From an uncultured Nitrososphaerota archaeon (GTDB taxonomy: Archaea; Thermoproteota; Nitrososphaeria; Nitrososphaerales; Gagatemarchaeaceae), in the NCBI GenBank assembly GCA_963703285.1, contig OY969807.1, forward strand, positions 768,001 through 832,000: 64,000 nt of DNA. Direction: 5' to 3'. This document shows positions 37,413 to 47,637 of this stretch, piece after piece. Each line of letters starts with the position of its first letter. Within the stretch, counting starts at the first letter, position 1. Made by a program: the position numbers and the translations under genes. The notes beneath the pieces are model-generated. The model was given only the letters and a program-made list of their open reading frames with translations. It was not told the DNA's origin and did not search any database.

Positions 37413-38939
37413 TTGCAGAGGTCAGACGTCCGGGCGCGGAATGTCTTCGTCTACATCTGGTTCGATATCGAGGACTACGTCACGCCGGAATCCGACGACC
37501 TGCCGCTCAAGGCCTTCTCTATCCTGGAGAAGCACGGAGTGCCGGTGACGTGCAAGCTCGTCGCCGAGAAGGTGCGTGCGCTCAAGGAGCACGGGAGGAC
37601 CGACGTCATATCGGCCATAGCGAGGCAGGACGTCGGGTACCACCTCGACAAGCACAGCAGGCACCCCACGGTCTACGAGTACTTTAGGGACGCCGACCTA
37701 TTGGCGGGTGCGGAGGAGTTCTACAGACAGGAGACGGACGGGCTCGAGCTCGTCGAGCGCACCTTCTCCACCAAGGCGTCCTGCTTTGGCCATCCGGGGA
37801 CGGCGTGGTCGCCCCACTATTACCCCGCCATGAGGAAGATGGGCATCCCGCTCTATCTCGATGAGACCGCGATCCTGAACCTTGGCGGAGCCCCATACTG
37901 GTACTGTGGCGTCCTCAACCTCAACGGAGCGAACCAGAACTTCATCTTCTTCGACTACACCTTCGGTGACCCGTCGGGCATCGAGATGGTGAAGAGAAAG
38001 TTCTCGGACATACACAGTCGACTACGAGGGAAGGGCGGAACAGTGAGCGTCATGTTCCATCTGCACACGGCGATAAACACGAAGTTCTGGGATGAGGTCA
38101 ACTTCGGCGACGGCAGGAATACCGAGAAAGGGGATTACAAGAGGCCCCCGGTCCAGCCCACCGAGGTCACGGAGAGGGCGTGGAGGGACTTCGACGAGTT
38201 CGTCGGGCACATGGGCTCGTTCGATGACGTCTCCTTCATCACGGCCAAGGACGCGGTGACCATGTACCCTCGCCCCATGATGGCGGTCACGACTGACCGG
38301 GTGGGGGAGCTTCTAGGGAGGATCTCTCCTGGCGTGACCCACGTGCCGTACGGCGACGACTACCTCTCAGCATCTGAGGTACTCTACTTCGTCGCGAGCA
38401 GCCTCGCGGCTTACCATAGGACGGGAGGCTTGCCGCGGTCTGTAACCCTCAAGGAGCCCTACGGTCCGATGGAGAGCAAGTCGTCCACCATGTCCGGAAC
38501 GATTTCGACGAAGGACCTCCTCGAGGCCTCGGAGAGGGTCCTTGCGGAGATGGAGGCAAGGCAGGTCATCCCCTCGGCGATAGCACTACGAGACGGAGTT
38601 TCGCTCTCTCCGGCCGACTTCCTCCTCACTGGCGGTGAGCTGCTTAGGGAAATCATCTCTGGGACCGGCGCGCCGGATAGAACGCAGGCCGTCGAAGGAA
38701 GGCTGGCGGAGAGCGACAGGGTTGACGCCGAGGCGTTCGCGAAGGCCTGCAAGTGGGTCGTCCTTCCTACCGGCTTCGAGGCGCCGAAGATCCTGGAGCA
38801 GGTAAGGCTCCAGACCTGGACCCTCAGGCCTGCCGTGCTGAGGAACCCGCCTAGCCCGAGACCCATGTCTTCTCAGCTCCCCCGGATACTTGAGCCCCAT
38901 GAGCCCAAGAGACTCCAGAGCCCAGAGACGAAAAACTAA
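37413..38939 (+). CDS. Polysaccharide-deacetylase-like (NodB/CE4-type) hydrolase with C-terminal extension
   Basis: WFDIEDY, DVGYHLDKHSRHP, FGHPG, MFH metal/catalytic patterns. Confidence 0.7.
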   Translation: MQRSDVRARNVFVYIWFDIEDYVTPESDDLPLKAFSILEKHGVPVTCKLVAEKVRALKEHGRTDVISAIARQDVGYHLDKHSRHPTVYEYFRDADLLAGAEEFYRQETDGLELVERTFSTKASCFGHPGTAWSPHYYPAMRKMGIPLYLDETAILNLGGAPYWYCGVLNLNGANQNFIFFDYTFGDPSGIEMVKRKFSDIHSRLRGKGGTVSVMFHLHTAINTKFWDEVNFGDGRNTEKGDYKRPPVQPTEVTERAWRDFDEFVGHMGSFDDVSFITAKDAVTMYPRPMMAVTTDRVGELLGRISPGVTHVPYGDDYLSASEVLYFVASSLAAYHRTGGLPRSVTLKEPYGPMESKSSTMSGTISTKDLLEASERVLAEMEARQVIPSAIALRDGVSLSPADFLLTGGELLREIISGTGAPDRTQAVEGRLAESDRVDAEAFAKACKWVVLPTGFEAPKILEQVRLQTWTLRPAVLRNPPSPRPMSSQLPRILEPHEPKRLQSPETKN

Positions 38940-38968
38940 TAGAACGATGCGGACCTCGTGCAGAGTCC

Positions 38969-40054
38969 TTGGGCTTCAAGATAAGTCTGGTCAGGCTCCC
39001 GTTCCTTGCTCCGTTCACGACGAGCTTCGGCACTGAGAGCGAGAGGACCGCGCTGATTCTGGAGCTGGAATCAGACGGGGTGAGGGCCTTCGGGGAGTGT
39101 GTCACGAGTCAAGGACCGTTCTACAGCTACGAGGATAATGACACGGCCCTTCACATCATACGGGATCATCTGGCGGTTCTGCTGAAGCGCAAGCCGGAGC
39201 CGGACGACTTCCTCGCGGGTGCCGAGCGGATCAAGGGACACACCATGGCGAAGGGCGCCGTGGAGATGCTCCTCTGGGATTACCACTCGAAGCTTGAGGG
39301 GAAGCCGCTCGTCCGAGCCCTGGGACCGTCGAAGGGCTATGCCGACGTCGGAATCTCGATCGGGATCGACAAGCCAAAGGTCACGGTAGAGCGCGTTGCC
39401 CAGGCGATTAAGCGGGGTTACAAGCGCGTGAAGGTGAAGATTGACAGGGGGAGGGAGTTCGAGATAGTCAAGACGGTGAGAGACTCCTACCCTGACATCC
39501 CTCTCAGCGCCGACGCGAATTCGTGCTACACATTGAAGGACCTTCCTGCGCTGAAGAGGCTGGATCGGTTCGACCTCGTCTACCTCGAGCAGCCCCTCGA
39601 GCACGACGACATCCTTGACCACGCCCGGCTCGCAAAGGTACTCTCGACTCCGATATGCCTCGACGAATCGATATCGTCCGTCGACAAGGCCCGGCAGGCC
39701 CTCGAGATAGGCGCCTGCCGCGTCATCAACATCAAACCGGGCAGGCTCGGCGGGCTGTCCAACTCGCTCAGGGTGGTGAACCTGGCGAGGAAGCACGGCG
39801 TCCACGTCTGGGTCGGGGGGATGCTGGAGACGGGAATAGGCAGATCCTTCAACGTATCACTCGCTTCCCTCAGGCTTGTGGACTATCCCGGGGACACATC
39901 TCCCAACGACAAGTACTTCGCCAGGGACATCGTGAAGAACCCGTTCGTGATGGAGGACGGAACGATAAGACTGAATCGGGGGCCGGGCATCGGGACCGAG
40001 CTCGACCAGCCCTTCTTCGCAAGGTCGACTGTAGAGAGCTGGAAGATATTCTAG
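38969..40054 (+). CDS. menC: N-succinylamino acid racemase / o-succinylbenzoate synthase (NSAR/OSBS)
   Basis: PFTTSFG, KVKI, ADANS, EQPL, LDESI, NIKPGRLGG, WVGGMLETGIGR, PGDTS. Confidence 0.88.
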   Translation: MGFKISLVRLPFLAPFTTSFGTESERTALILELESDGVRAFGECVTSQGPFYSYEDNDTALHIIRDHLAVLLKRKPEPDDFLAGAERIKGHTMAKGAVEMLLWDYHSKLEGKPLVRALGPSKGYADVGISIGIDKPKVTVERVAQAIKRGYKRVKVKIDRGREFEIVKTVRDSYPDIPLSADANSCYTLKDLPALKRLDRFDLVYLEQPLEHDDILDHARLAKVLSTPICLDESISSVDKARQALEIGACRVINIKPGRLGGLSNSLRVVNLARKHGVHVWVGGMLETGIGRSFNVSLASLRLVDYPGDTSPNDKYFARDIVKNPFVMEDGTIRLNRGPGIGTELDQPFFARSTVESWKIF

Positions 40055-40127
40055 TGCTGCCTCAGGCTGTCGTGCGGGCCTTCAGGGTTCCCCTCAGACT
40101 TATATCCGCCAGGTCGAGGAATCCCTC

Positions 40128-40976
40128 ATGAAGCCTCTGGGGAGGTTGATGACGGCCCTCCTGGTGGTGATTTTGCTCATGGGGGGATTGGTGGCCGTCG
40201 TCTACATCGAAGAACAACAGGCAATCGGCTCGCAGTCGTCCACGATCCAGCAGCAGTCGCAGACCATCTCGGCACAGTCAGCGTCGATTCAGAGTCTTCA
40301 GAGCCAGTCCTCGTCGCTCTCGAAGGACCAGAAGACGATAGGCACTCTGGAGGCGAACATCACAGCTACCCAGTTATCCCTCGAGCAGGACCAGGCGGAG
40401 ATCTCGACGATGAACGCGACAATCGCGTCTGACCAGTCCGAGATCGCATCGCTCACATCGGAGTACTCCAAGGCAAACGCGACGGTCACCAGTCTCGAGG
40501 CGGAGATCGGGCCCATCCAGGCACAGGTCACGTCTCTGCAGAGCGAGGTCGCCAGCTTGCAGGCCGAGGCCACATCTTACAAGTCACAGATCTCCACGCT
40601 CCAGACCGAGGTGACATCCCTAGCGTCGATAGATAGCCTGGCCGACTCCGAAGTGCTCGTCAGTCAGGAGTTCTTCGGGGTGCCATCCCTCGGCGACCAA
40701 GTCGTGGGGACGTTCGTGGCGAACTACTCCGGGTACATCACGGTGGACATGTCCAACATCAGCGACATAGACAACGTCCAGGTGGGCGCGATAGTTTTCT
40801 TTGGGTCTTCTTTGAGCTCGGGCCCGTCGTCGTCGGTACAGATCGGCCCGTTCGGGTACTCGTCCATCCCTGACTCGCTAGTCTTCCCTGTCACGCCCGG
40901 ATCCGTCGACGTGTACCTCTCGAATTCGGATCCGACGCCGGAGAACGCGACCATTTCCATCACGTACTACTACTGA
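40128..40976 (+). CDS. Membrane-anchored coiled-coil protein with C-terminal beta domain
   Basis: N-terminal TM; heptad Q/S/I/L repeats over roughly 130 aa. Confidence 0.75.
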   Translation: MKPLGRLMTALLVVILLMGGLVAVVYIEEQQAIGSQSSTIQQQSQTISAQSASIQSLQSQSSSLSKDQKTIGTLEANITATQLSLEQDQAEISTMNATIASDQSEIASLTSEYSKANATVTSLEAEIGPIQAQVTSLQSEVASLQAEATSYKSQISTLQTEVTSLASIDSLADSEVLVSQEFFGVPSLGDQVVGTFVANYSGYITVDMSNISDIDNVQVGAIVFFGSSLSSGPSSSVQIGPFGYSSIPDSLVFPVTPGSVDVYLSNSDPTPENATISITYYY

Positions 40977-41143
40977 CCGGTGGGAGCTGGGACGCAACGC
41001 ATAAATATCGTCAGCCATGCCGAAACCTGCAGAGAGCTTTGAAGGTGCAAGGAAGAGGCGGTTCAGTTTATGATTCTGCACCTTGCGGCTTTTGGTTCTA
41101 GATCAAGTCTTAGCTCGCCTAAGACATTGGAGTTCTATGCTCA

Positions 41144-42367
41144 TTGACGAAATCGAATGAAAGAGAAATCACGGTCGTGAAGTTCGGCGGTTCGGTCCTC
41201 GAGGACGAGAGGTCGATAGACGCGGCCGCGCAACTCGTCCGTGAGACTTCTGAGAGGGGATTGGGGGTGGTGGTGGTCGTATCGGCGATGAAGGGCGTTA
41301 CCGACCAGCTCATAGCGCTCTCGAAGCGCGTGGATCCCGACATGGAGGGGTCGCTCATGGACGAACTGCTCGCGTCCGGCGAGAAGACGAGCGCGAGGCT
41401 CATGGCCGGCGCGCTCGCCGGTCACGGAATCAGGTCGGTCGTCGTGGACCCGGAGACACCCTACTGGCCGATAGTGACGGATGCCAGGCATCTAGACTCC
41501 AACCCTATCATGGACCTGAGCAGGGAGAAGGCGCAGGAGAACCTGGTCCCTCTTCTGCACGAGGGGCTGGTACCCGTGGTCTGCGGTTTCCTGGGCAAGA
41601 CCGTCGACGGCAGGACGACGACCATGGGCAGGGGAGGGTCGGACACTACGGCCGTCGTCCTCGGCAGCTGCTTGGACGCCTCGGAGGTCGTGCTAATCAA
41701 GGACGTCGAAGGGGTCTACACGAGCGACCCCGACAAGGTCAAGAACCCGCAGTTCATCAAGTCCCTAAACGGCGAGGAGGCCGAGATGCTGGCCGCGGGC
41801 GGGGCGAAGTTCCTCCACGTCAAGGCGCTGCGCTACCAAGGGAGCGGACTCAAACTGAGGGTCACGAGCCTCCAGAAGCTCAACTCGGGGACGATCATCA
41901 AGGGCGACCTCGCGCCGATCAGCCTCGAGGTCTTCCCGCAGGGCGTATCGATGATAACGGTCGTCGGCCTCGATGCGAAGAAGATCGAGTCCGTCTCGCA
42001 GCTGACCCGCGCGGTCAGAGATGACGGAGGATCGCTCCTCGCGCTCTCCCTCGAGAGCACCTCAGCAATCTTCTATGTGGCGGGGGGGAAGAACGTGCTC
42101 GACCAGGTCCACCACGTGCTCGTGGGCGAGAGCATCGGCAAGGCCGTGTCATCGTTCGACGGGCTCTCGATGATCACGGTGAGGGGTAGCTCGCTAGAGA
42201 CCGAGACGGGCATAATCCAGAGGATAACCCAGCCACTCGCACGCGCTTCCATCAACCTGTACGGCATTGTCACCATACGCTCATCGATCAGGGTGTTCGT
42301 CTCGTCCGACCAGGCGGAGAAGGCGCTCGGCCTGATCCGGGACGCGACGCTGGTGAAGGGGCCATGA
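41144..42367 (+). CDS. lysC: Aspartate kinase
   Basis: VVKFGGS, VVVSAM, TMGRGGSDTTA, DVEGVYTSDP, ACT domains. Confidence 0.95.
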   Translation: MTKSNEREITVVKFGGSVLEDERSIDAAAQLVRETSERGLGVVVVVSAMKGVTDQLIALSKRVDPDMEGSLMDELLASGEKTSARLMAGALAGHGIRSVVVDPETPYWPIVTDARHLDSNPIMDLSREKAQENLVPLLHEGLVPVVCGFLGKTVDGRTTTMGRGGSDTTAVVLGSCLDASEVVLIKDVEGVYTSDPDKVKNPQFIKSLNGEEAEMLAAGGAKFLHVKALRYQGSGLKLRVTSLQKLNSGTIIKGDLAPISLEVFPQGVSMITVVGLDAKKIESVSQLTRAVRDDGGSLLALSLESTSAIFYVAGGKNVLDQVHHVLVGESIGKAVSSFDGLSMITVRGSSLETETGIIQRITQPLARASINLYGIVTIRSSIRVFVSSDQAEKALGLIRDATLVKGP

Positions 42368-43422
42368 AGGTCAGGGCCGGGCTCCTGGGCGCCACAGGTG
42401 CTGTCGGCCAGAGGTACGTGAACATGCTGGAGGGGCACCCGTTCATCAAGCTGGAGGTGCTGATGGGCGGCGAGTCCGCAGGAAAGAAGTACGGGGAGGC
42501 GGTGCACTGGCTCTTCCCGGAGGCCGTCCCTGAGCGCCTCGCGGATTACGAGGTGCGCAGGGCCAGACCGGAGTCTGCCCGGGGGTGCGACGTGGTCTTC
42601 TCGGCCCTGCCATCGGAGGTCGCCAAAGATATCGAGCAGAAGTTCGCCAAGGCTGGTTTCACCGTCGTCAGCGAGGCAAGCTCCCACAGGATGGATCCGG
42701 ACGTCCCCCTGATGATCCCCGAGGTGAACCCGGGGCACCTGCGGCTGCTCAAGGGTCAGGGCGAGAGGAGGGGATGGAAGGGCTCGATCACGACGACGCC
42801 CAACTGCACAGTGACGGGGCTGGCGATGGTCTTGAAACCGCTTCTGGACGAATACCCGGCCGAGAAGGCCGTCGTCACGACGATGCAGGCCCTCTCGGGC
42901 GCGGGCTACCCCGGGGTGCCGTCGCTCGCGATCACGGAGAACGTGATCCCCTACATCAAGAACGAAGAGGAGAAGGTGGCCAGGGAGGCGAAGAAGATAC
43001 TCGGGACGGTCAGGGAAGGGACCATTCGACAGAACGATATCCCGATGGCGATCTCCTGCAACAGAGTACAGGTGATCGACGGACACCTGGAGACCCTCTA
43101 CGCAGAGTTCGCCAACAAGATCGACCCCCGAGGGGTGGCCGAAGTCCTCGCGAGCTTCAGGGGACGGCCCCAGACCCTCGGGCTGCCATCCGCCCCGGTT
43201 CGGCCCATCATCGTCAGGCCGGAGAGCGACAGGCCACAGCCCAGGCTCGACAGGATGGCCGGGTCCGTCCCCGGGATGAGCGTTACGGTCGGCAGGATAA
43301 GGAACGGAATCGACGAGAGGTCGCTGCAGCTCACGCTGCTCTCGCACAACACGATCAGGGGGGCGGCGGGAACCGCAATACTTACGGCGGAGCTGATGCA
43401 GAGGGAAGGATACATAGGGTGA
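42364..43422 (+). CDS. asd: Aspartate-semialdehyde dehydrogenase
   Basis: LGATGAVGQ, PNCT, QALSGAG, SCNRV, HNTIRGAAG. Confidence 0.97.
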   Translation: MKVRAGLLGATGAVGQRYVNMLEGHPFIKLEVLMGGESAGKKYGEAVHWLFPEAVPERLADYEVRRARPESARGCDVVFSALPSEVAKDIEQKFAKAGFTVVSEASSHRMDPDVPLMIPEVNPGHLRLLKGQGERRGWKGSITTTPNCTVTGLAMVLKPLLDEYPAEKAVVTTMQALSGAGYPGVPSLAITENVIPYIKNEEEKVAREAKKILGTVREGTIRQNDIPMAISCNRVQVIDGHLETLYAEFANKIDPRGVAEVLASFRGRPQTLGLPSAPVRPIIVRPESDRPQPRLDRMAGSVPGMSVTVGRIRNGIDERSLQLTLLSHNTIRGAAGTAILTAELMQREGYIG

Positions 43423-44223
43423 ATGTGGTTGGTATCTGGCAAGCAGTTCCGGCTCTCGAGGATAACCCGCCACGGCAGGATGCTCTGCATACCTATGGAC
43501 CACTCGTTGGCGGTGGGTCCGATCGCCGGCCTGGAGAACCCTGAGGAGACCATCGAAAAGATCGCGAGGGGAGGGGCTACCGCCTTCCTCGCACAGAAGG
43601 GCATCATAAAATCGCTCAGCAGACCCGCGCCGATAGGGATGATAGTCCAGCTCTCTGCGAGCACGTCCCTCGGGCTCGCGCCGAACAGGAAGGTGCTCAT
43701 CGGGAGCGTCGCGGAAGGCCTGCGACTGGGGGCGGACGCGGTCTCGATACACGTCAACATAGGGGGAAAGGAGGAACCAGAGATGCTGCAACAGCTCGGG
43801 ATGGTGGCGGACGAATGCGACTCACACTCGGTGCCGTTCTTGGCGATGATGTATCCGAGAGGGGAGAACATCAAGGACCCGTCGGACCCTCAGGTCGTGC
43901 AGCACGCGGCCAGGATAGGGGCTGAAGCCGGAGCCGACGTCGTCAAGACCGTGTACACGGGGAGCGCAGAAACCTTCGGGGAGGTCATCAGGAAGTGCCC
44001 CGTGCCGGTTGTCTTGGCGGGGGGGTCCAAGGCGGAGTCGGACGAAGCTCTTCTAAAGATAACCTATGACGTGATGAAGGTCGGTGCGATGGGCGTCACC
44101 TACGGCAGGAACGTCTTCCAGCACAGGAACCCCATGCTGATGACGAAGGCGCTGAAGAGGATAGTGATAGACAAGGCCAGTGTCGAGGAGGCGTTGGAGG
44201 TCTTCAATACTGGTCCTTCCTGA
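43423..44223 (+). CDS. 2-amino-3,7-dideoxy-D-threo-hept-6-ulosonate synthase (AroA', DhnA-type aldolase)
   Basis: PMDH, MMYPRG, GADVVKTVY, AGG, GRNVFQH; next to DHQ synthase II. Confidence 0.9.
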   Translation: MWLVSGKQFRLSRITRHGRMLCIPMDHSLAVGPIAGLENPEETIEKIARGGATAFLAQKGIIKSLSRPAPIGMIVQLSASTSLGLAPNRKVLIGSVAEGLRLGADAVSIHVNIGGKEEPEMLQQLGMVADECDSHSVPFLAMMYPRGENIKDPSDPQVVQHAARIGAEAGADVVKTVYTGSAETFGEVIRKCPVPVVLAGGSKAESDEALLKITYDVMKVGAMGVTYGRNVFQHRNPMLMTKALKRIVIDKASVEEALEVFNTGPS

Positions 44224-45235
44224 GAAGGACATAATCCTCGACGTTACGGGCCAGGGGGACGCGGAGCAGCTCCTACGAGATGCCAAGAATGTCGGAATCA
44301 AGAGGGTGGTCTCGAAGAGCAGTTCGCAGAACCTTTCCCCCGTCGACGGGATCGAGCTCATCAGGGTCTCGGACGCCGAGGGGGGTCCCGACACCGCAGC
44401 TTGGGTCGAGATATCGGGCGCCAAGGACGTCGAGAGGGCCGTTCAGGCATCAGGGAGGGGCCATGCGTTCGTCGTCGTCCAGCCCGAGAACTGGAAGGTC
44501 ATACCGCTAGAGAACCTCGTCGCTGATTTTCACAGGTCTGGCAAGCGAATCTACGCCTACATGAGGACCAAGGAGGACATGGAGATGGCGCTCTCCGTAC
44601 TCGAGAGAGGCGTGGACGGCATCGTCGTACCACCGGACGCGCTCCAGGCAGCGGCCGACTTGACCTCTGCCCTGGGGAAGGAACAACACTACTCCCTCCC
44701 CGTGGCCAAGGTGATAAGGATAGTCGACGTCGGGAACGGCGAGCGAGCGTGCATAGACACGGCATCCCAACTCGCTGTCGGAGAGGGGCTACTCGTCGGT
44801 AACAAGGCGAACTTCTTCTTCCTCGTCCACAGCGAGACCGTCCCCTCTGAGTACATCCCGACGAGGGAGTTCAGAGTGAACGCGGGCGCCATCCACAGCT
44901 ACGTGCTAGGGGAGGGAGACAAGACGAGGTACCTCTCGGAGCTGAGGTCGTCCGACCGGGTGAGGACGGTGAGCAGTGACGGAAGGTCAAGGCAGGTAGT
45001 CGTCGGCAGGGTGAAGATAGAGAGGCGTCCGCTCACGATGATAGAGGCCGAGGCTGGCGGCGAGCAGGGCAGCGTGATGCTCCAGAAGGCCGAGACCATC
45101 CGTCTCATCCGTCCCGACGGTTCTCCCGTGTCGGTGACCGAGATCAAGGTGGGCGACGAGGTGCTTGTGCACGTGACGCAGAGCAAGGCTAGGCACTTCG
45201 GCGGAGAGGTAGACGAGTTCATTCTTGAAAGGTAG
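44180..45235 (+). CDS. 3-dehydroquinate synthase II (AroB')
   Basis: WKVIPLEN, LERGVDG, RACIDT, FRVNAGAIHSY, VGRVKIERRP, ARHFG; true start may be 44207/44210. Confidence 0.95.
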   Translation: MSRRRWRSSILVLPEKDIILDVTGQGDAEQLLRDAKNVGIKRVVSKSSSQNLSPVDGIELIRVSDAEGGPDTAAWVEISGAKDVERAVQASGRGHAFVVVQPENWKVIPLENLVADFHRSGKRIYAYMRTKEDMEMALSVLERGVDGIVVPPDALQAAADLTSALGKEQHYSLPVAKVIRIVDVGNGERACIDTASQLAVGEGLLVGNKANFFFLVHSETVPSEYIPTREFRVNAGAIHSYVLGEGDKTRYLSELRSSDRVRTVSSDGRSRQVVVGRVKIERRPLTMIEAEAGGEQGSVMLQKAETIRLIRPDGSPVSVTEIKVGDEVLVHVTQSKARHFGGEVDEFILER

Positions 45236-45932
45236 AAGGACCGCGCGGCGGAGGACCGGCCTGGTCTGCACGACCATCTCCGCCGAGACGGGGAGCGGCA
45301 TGGCCAAGAAGGCCGCGACAGCCTTCGCCCTCGGGACCGACCTGGTCGAGCTGAGGCTAGATCTGCTCCGGAGGCCCGCTCCCGAGGTCCGCGGGGAGCT
45401 CGCCCACCTTGCGCGTAGGTCCGTCGTCACGGTCAGGCGGAGGGAAGAGGGGGGAGGATTCGAGGGGGGCGAAGGGGAGAGGCTGTCGCTCATAGAGCGG
45501 CTCTGCGAGATGCGGCCCCTCTTCATCGACATCGAACTGGAGACGGCTAGGCGGAACTTGGGATGGTTCGGCGGGCTTCCCGGAACCTCCGGGAAGATAG
45601 TCTCCTGGCACGACTTGAACCGGACGCCCGCTCTCCCGACGCTGAGACGCAAACGAGCGATGGCCGACTCGCTCGGTGGCATCACCAAGATAGTGACGCT
45701 TGCGAGGGCGGAGCGGGACAACCTGAGGGTGCTCGAGCTCTACGACCGGGACCCCGGCAGGCTCGTCGCGTTCTGCATGGGGGAAGTCGGGACAGCTTCG
45801 AGGATGGCTAGCTTCCAGCTGGGCAGTCCGATAGTCTACGCATCGCTCCCCAGCGAGCCCGTCGCACCGGGGCAGCTCTCCGTAACGACCGCGTGCAAGC
45901 TGAAGAGGATCCTGGAGAAGGGAGCATGGTAG
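45225..45932 (+). CDS. aroD: Type I 3-dehydroquinate dehydratase
   Basis: VELRLD, TVRRREEGG, SWHD, AFCMG..G..SR, APGQ. Confidence 0.93.
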   Translation: MKGRRTARRRTGLVCTTISAETGSGMAKKAATAFALGTDLVELRLDLLRRPAPEVRGELAHLARRSVVTVRRREEGGGFEGGEGERLSLIERLCEMRPLFIDIELETARRNLGWFGGLPGTSGKIVSWHDLNRTPALPTLRRKRAMADSLGGITKIVTLARAERDNLRVLELYDRDPGRLVAFCMGEVGTASRMASFQLGSPIVYASLPSEPVAPGQLSVTTACKLKRILEKGAW

Positions 45933-46756
45933 CCAGGTACCGCCTACTCGGAGAGGACGTCTCAGCTTCACCGTCACCGGCGATGATGAACGCGGCGTTC
46001 GGAACCCTTGAAATCGATGCCGTCTACGAGGCGGTCAGCGTGTGTCGCGGGGAGTTCCGGAGCAGATTCCTGGCCCTCAGGGAGGAGACCGATGGATTCA
46101 ACCTCACCATCCCATTCAAGAGCGAGGTAATCCCCTTCCTGGACGAGCTGGACGACGTCTCGCAAAGGATAGGCGCTGCCAACGTGGTCAAGAGGTCAGG
46201 AGGACGCTACGTCGGCCTCAACTCCGACGTCAACGGGATCACGGAATCCCTGAGGGAGCACCATGTGGGCCGCGTCGCGCGCGCACTGGTCATCGGCGCT
46301 GGAGGCGCGGCCAGGGCCTTCTGCGAGGCCATGAGCCAGGTTGGCTGCGGCGAGGTGACGGTTGCTGCGCGCACACGGCAAAAGGGGGAGGCCTTCGCAT
46401 CCGAGATGTCCAAGACCTTCCCGAAGATCGGATTCGAGGTCGACACCATAGACGGGCTGGGCCAGATCGAGCCTGACCTCGTGTTCAACGCAACACCCAT
46501 CGGGTCGGGCGGTCTGCCGCTACCAGAGCCGCTGGTGCGGGTTATCTATGGGCACGCGACAGTCTTCGACGCCGTGTACAGACCGATGAAAACAGAACTG
46601 CTGCGAGCGGCCGAAAGGAAGGGCGCGCGCACGATCTACGGGTACGAGATGCTCCTCAACCAGGGGACGCTGGCCTTCGAGATGTGGACCGGGAGGCGGG
46701 CCCCGAAGCACGCGATGGGGGAAGCCCTGCGCCAAGCGCTGGGGGCGGGAGATTGA
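45926..46756 (+). CDS. aroE: Shikimate dehydrogenase
   Basis: SPSP, NLTIPFK, NSD, GAGGAAR, NATPIG, DAVY, MLLNQG. Confidence 0.95.
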   Translation: MVARYRLLGEDVSASPSPAMMNAAFGTLEIDAVYEAVSVCRGEFRSRFLALREETDGFNLTIPFKSEVIPFLDELDDVSQRIGAANVVKRSGGRYVGLNSDVNGITESLREHHVGRVARALVIGAGGAARAFCEAMSQVGCGEVTVAARTRQKGEAFASEMSKTFPKIGFEVDTIDGLGQIEPDLVFNATPIGSGGLPLPEPLVRVIYGHATVFDAVYRPMKTELLRAAERKGARTIYGYEMLLNQGTLAFEMWTGRRAPKHAMGEALRQALGAGD

Positions 46757-47637
46757 AGGGGCGGGGCACGACCTTCGGGGCGATCACGATAGTCAACGCC
46801 ATCGCGAGCGGAAAGGGGGTTACCGCCAGCACCAAGCTCGGGACGGAGTCGATCGTCGAGCTCGAGAACAAGGCGGGGACCTGGTCGGTCTTCGTGAACG
46901 AGAAACAAATCGAGTCGAAGCTCGCCGACGAGACGATCCGCACGGCGTTGAAGATGGCGGGGAAGGAGCCGGGAGAATACTCCGGCACGGTACGGACCAC
47001 CTCAGTCCTCCCCATGGGGGTCGGGCTCAAGACCTCTTCCTCCTCCTCGGCGGCGACGGCGCTCGCCATCTTCGCCGCGCTCGGGCAGAGGGCCTTCGAC
47101 CCGCAGAAGATAATGAACTGCAGCGTCGAGGCCTCCCTCTCGAGCGGGGCTTCCATCACCGGAGCCCTGGACGACTGCGCGTCGTGCCTTCTCGGGGGAA
47201 TCAACATGGCCGATAACCTGGGGAGGAAGATCGAGCGCTCGAAGCTCCACGACCGTCCCCTCAAGATCGTCATCAAGGTCCCGAAGGCCGCCAGCAGAAG
47301 AGCCACCGTCGACCCCTCGCAGGTCAGGAAGCTCGGGAAGGTCTCGGAGGTCCTTTACAGGATGAGCCTGGAGGGAGACCTCTGGCGCGCGATGACTCTC
47401 AATGGAACGCTTTACTCGGGAATCTACGGGTACGACTCGAGGGCCGCCCTGCTCGCCGTTGAGCATGGAGCGCTGGGGGCGTCGCTGTCGGGAACCGGAC
47501 CCGCCACAGCCGCCGTGTTCGACCCGAAGTCGAGCTCCGAGTTGGATCAGCTCCTCGAGGCGTGGAGGTCCGACGGGAGCGTGGTCCTCGAGACGGAGAC
47601 AAACAACGAACACGGGAGGATCGAGAAGATTGAGTAG
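46753..47637 (+). CDS. aroK: Archaeal (GHMP-type) shikimate kinase
   Basis: GAITIVNAIASGKG, PMGVGLKTSSS, SITGALDD, LSGTGP. Confidence 0.95.
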   Translation: MKGRGTTFGAITIVNAIASGKGVTASTKLGTESIVELENKAGTWSVFVNEKQIESKLADETIRTALKMAGKEPGEYSGTVRTTSVLPMGVGLKTSSSSSAATALAIFAALGQRAFDPQKIMNCSVEASLSSGASITGALDDCASCLLGGINMADNLGRKIERSKLHDRPLKIVIKVPKAASRRATVDPSQVRKLGKVSEVLYRMSLEGDLWRAMTLNGTLYSGIYGYDSRAALLAVEHGALGASLSGTGPATAAVFDPKSSSELDQLLEAWRSDGSVVLETETNNEHGRIEKIE

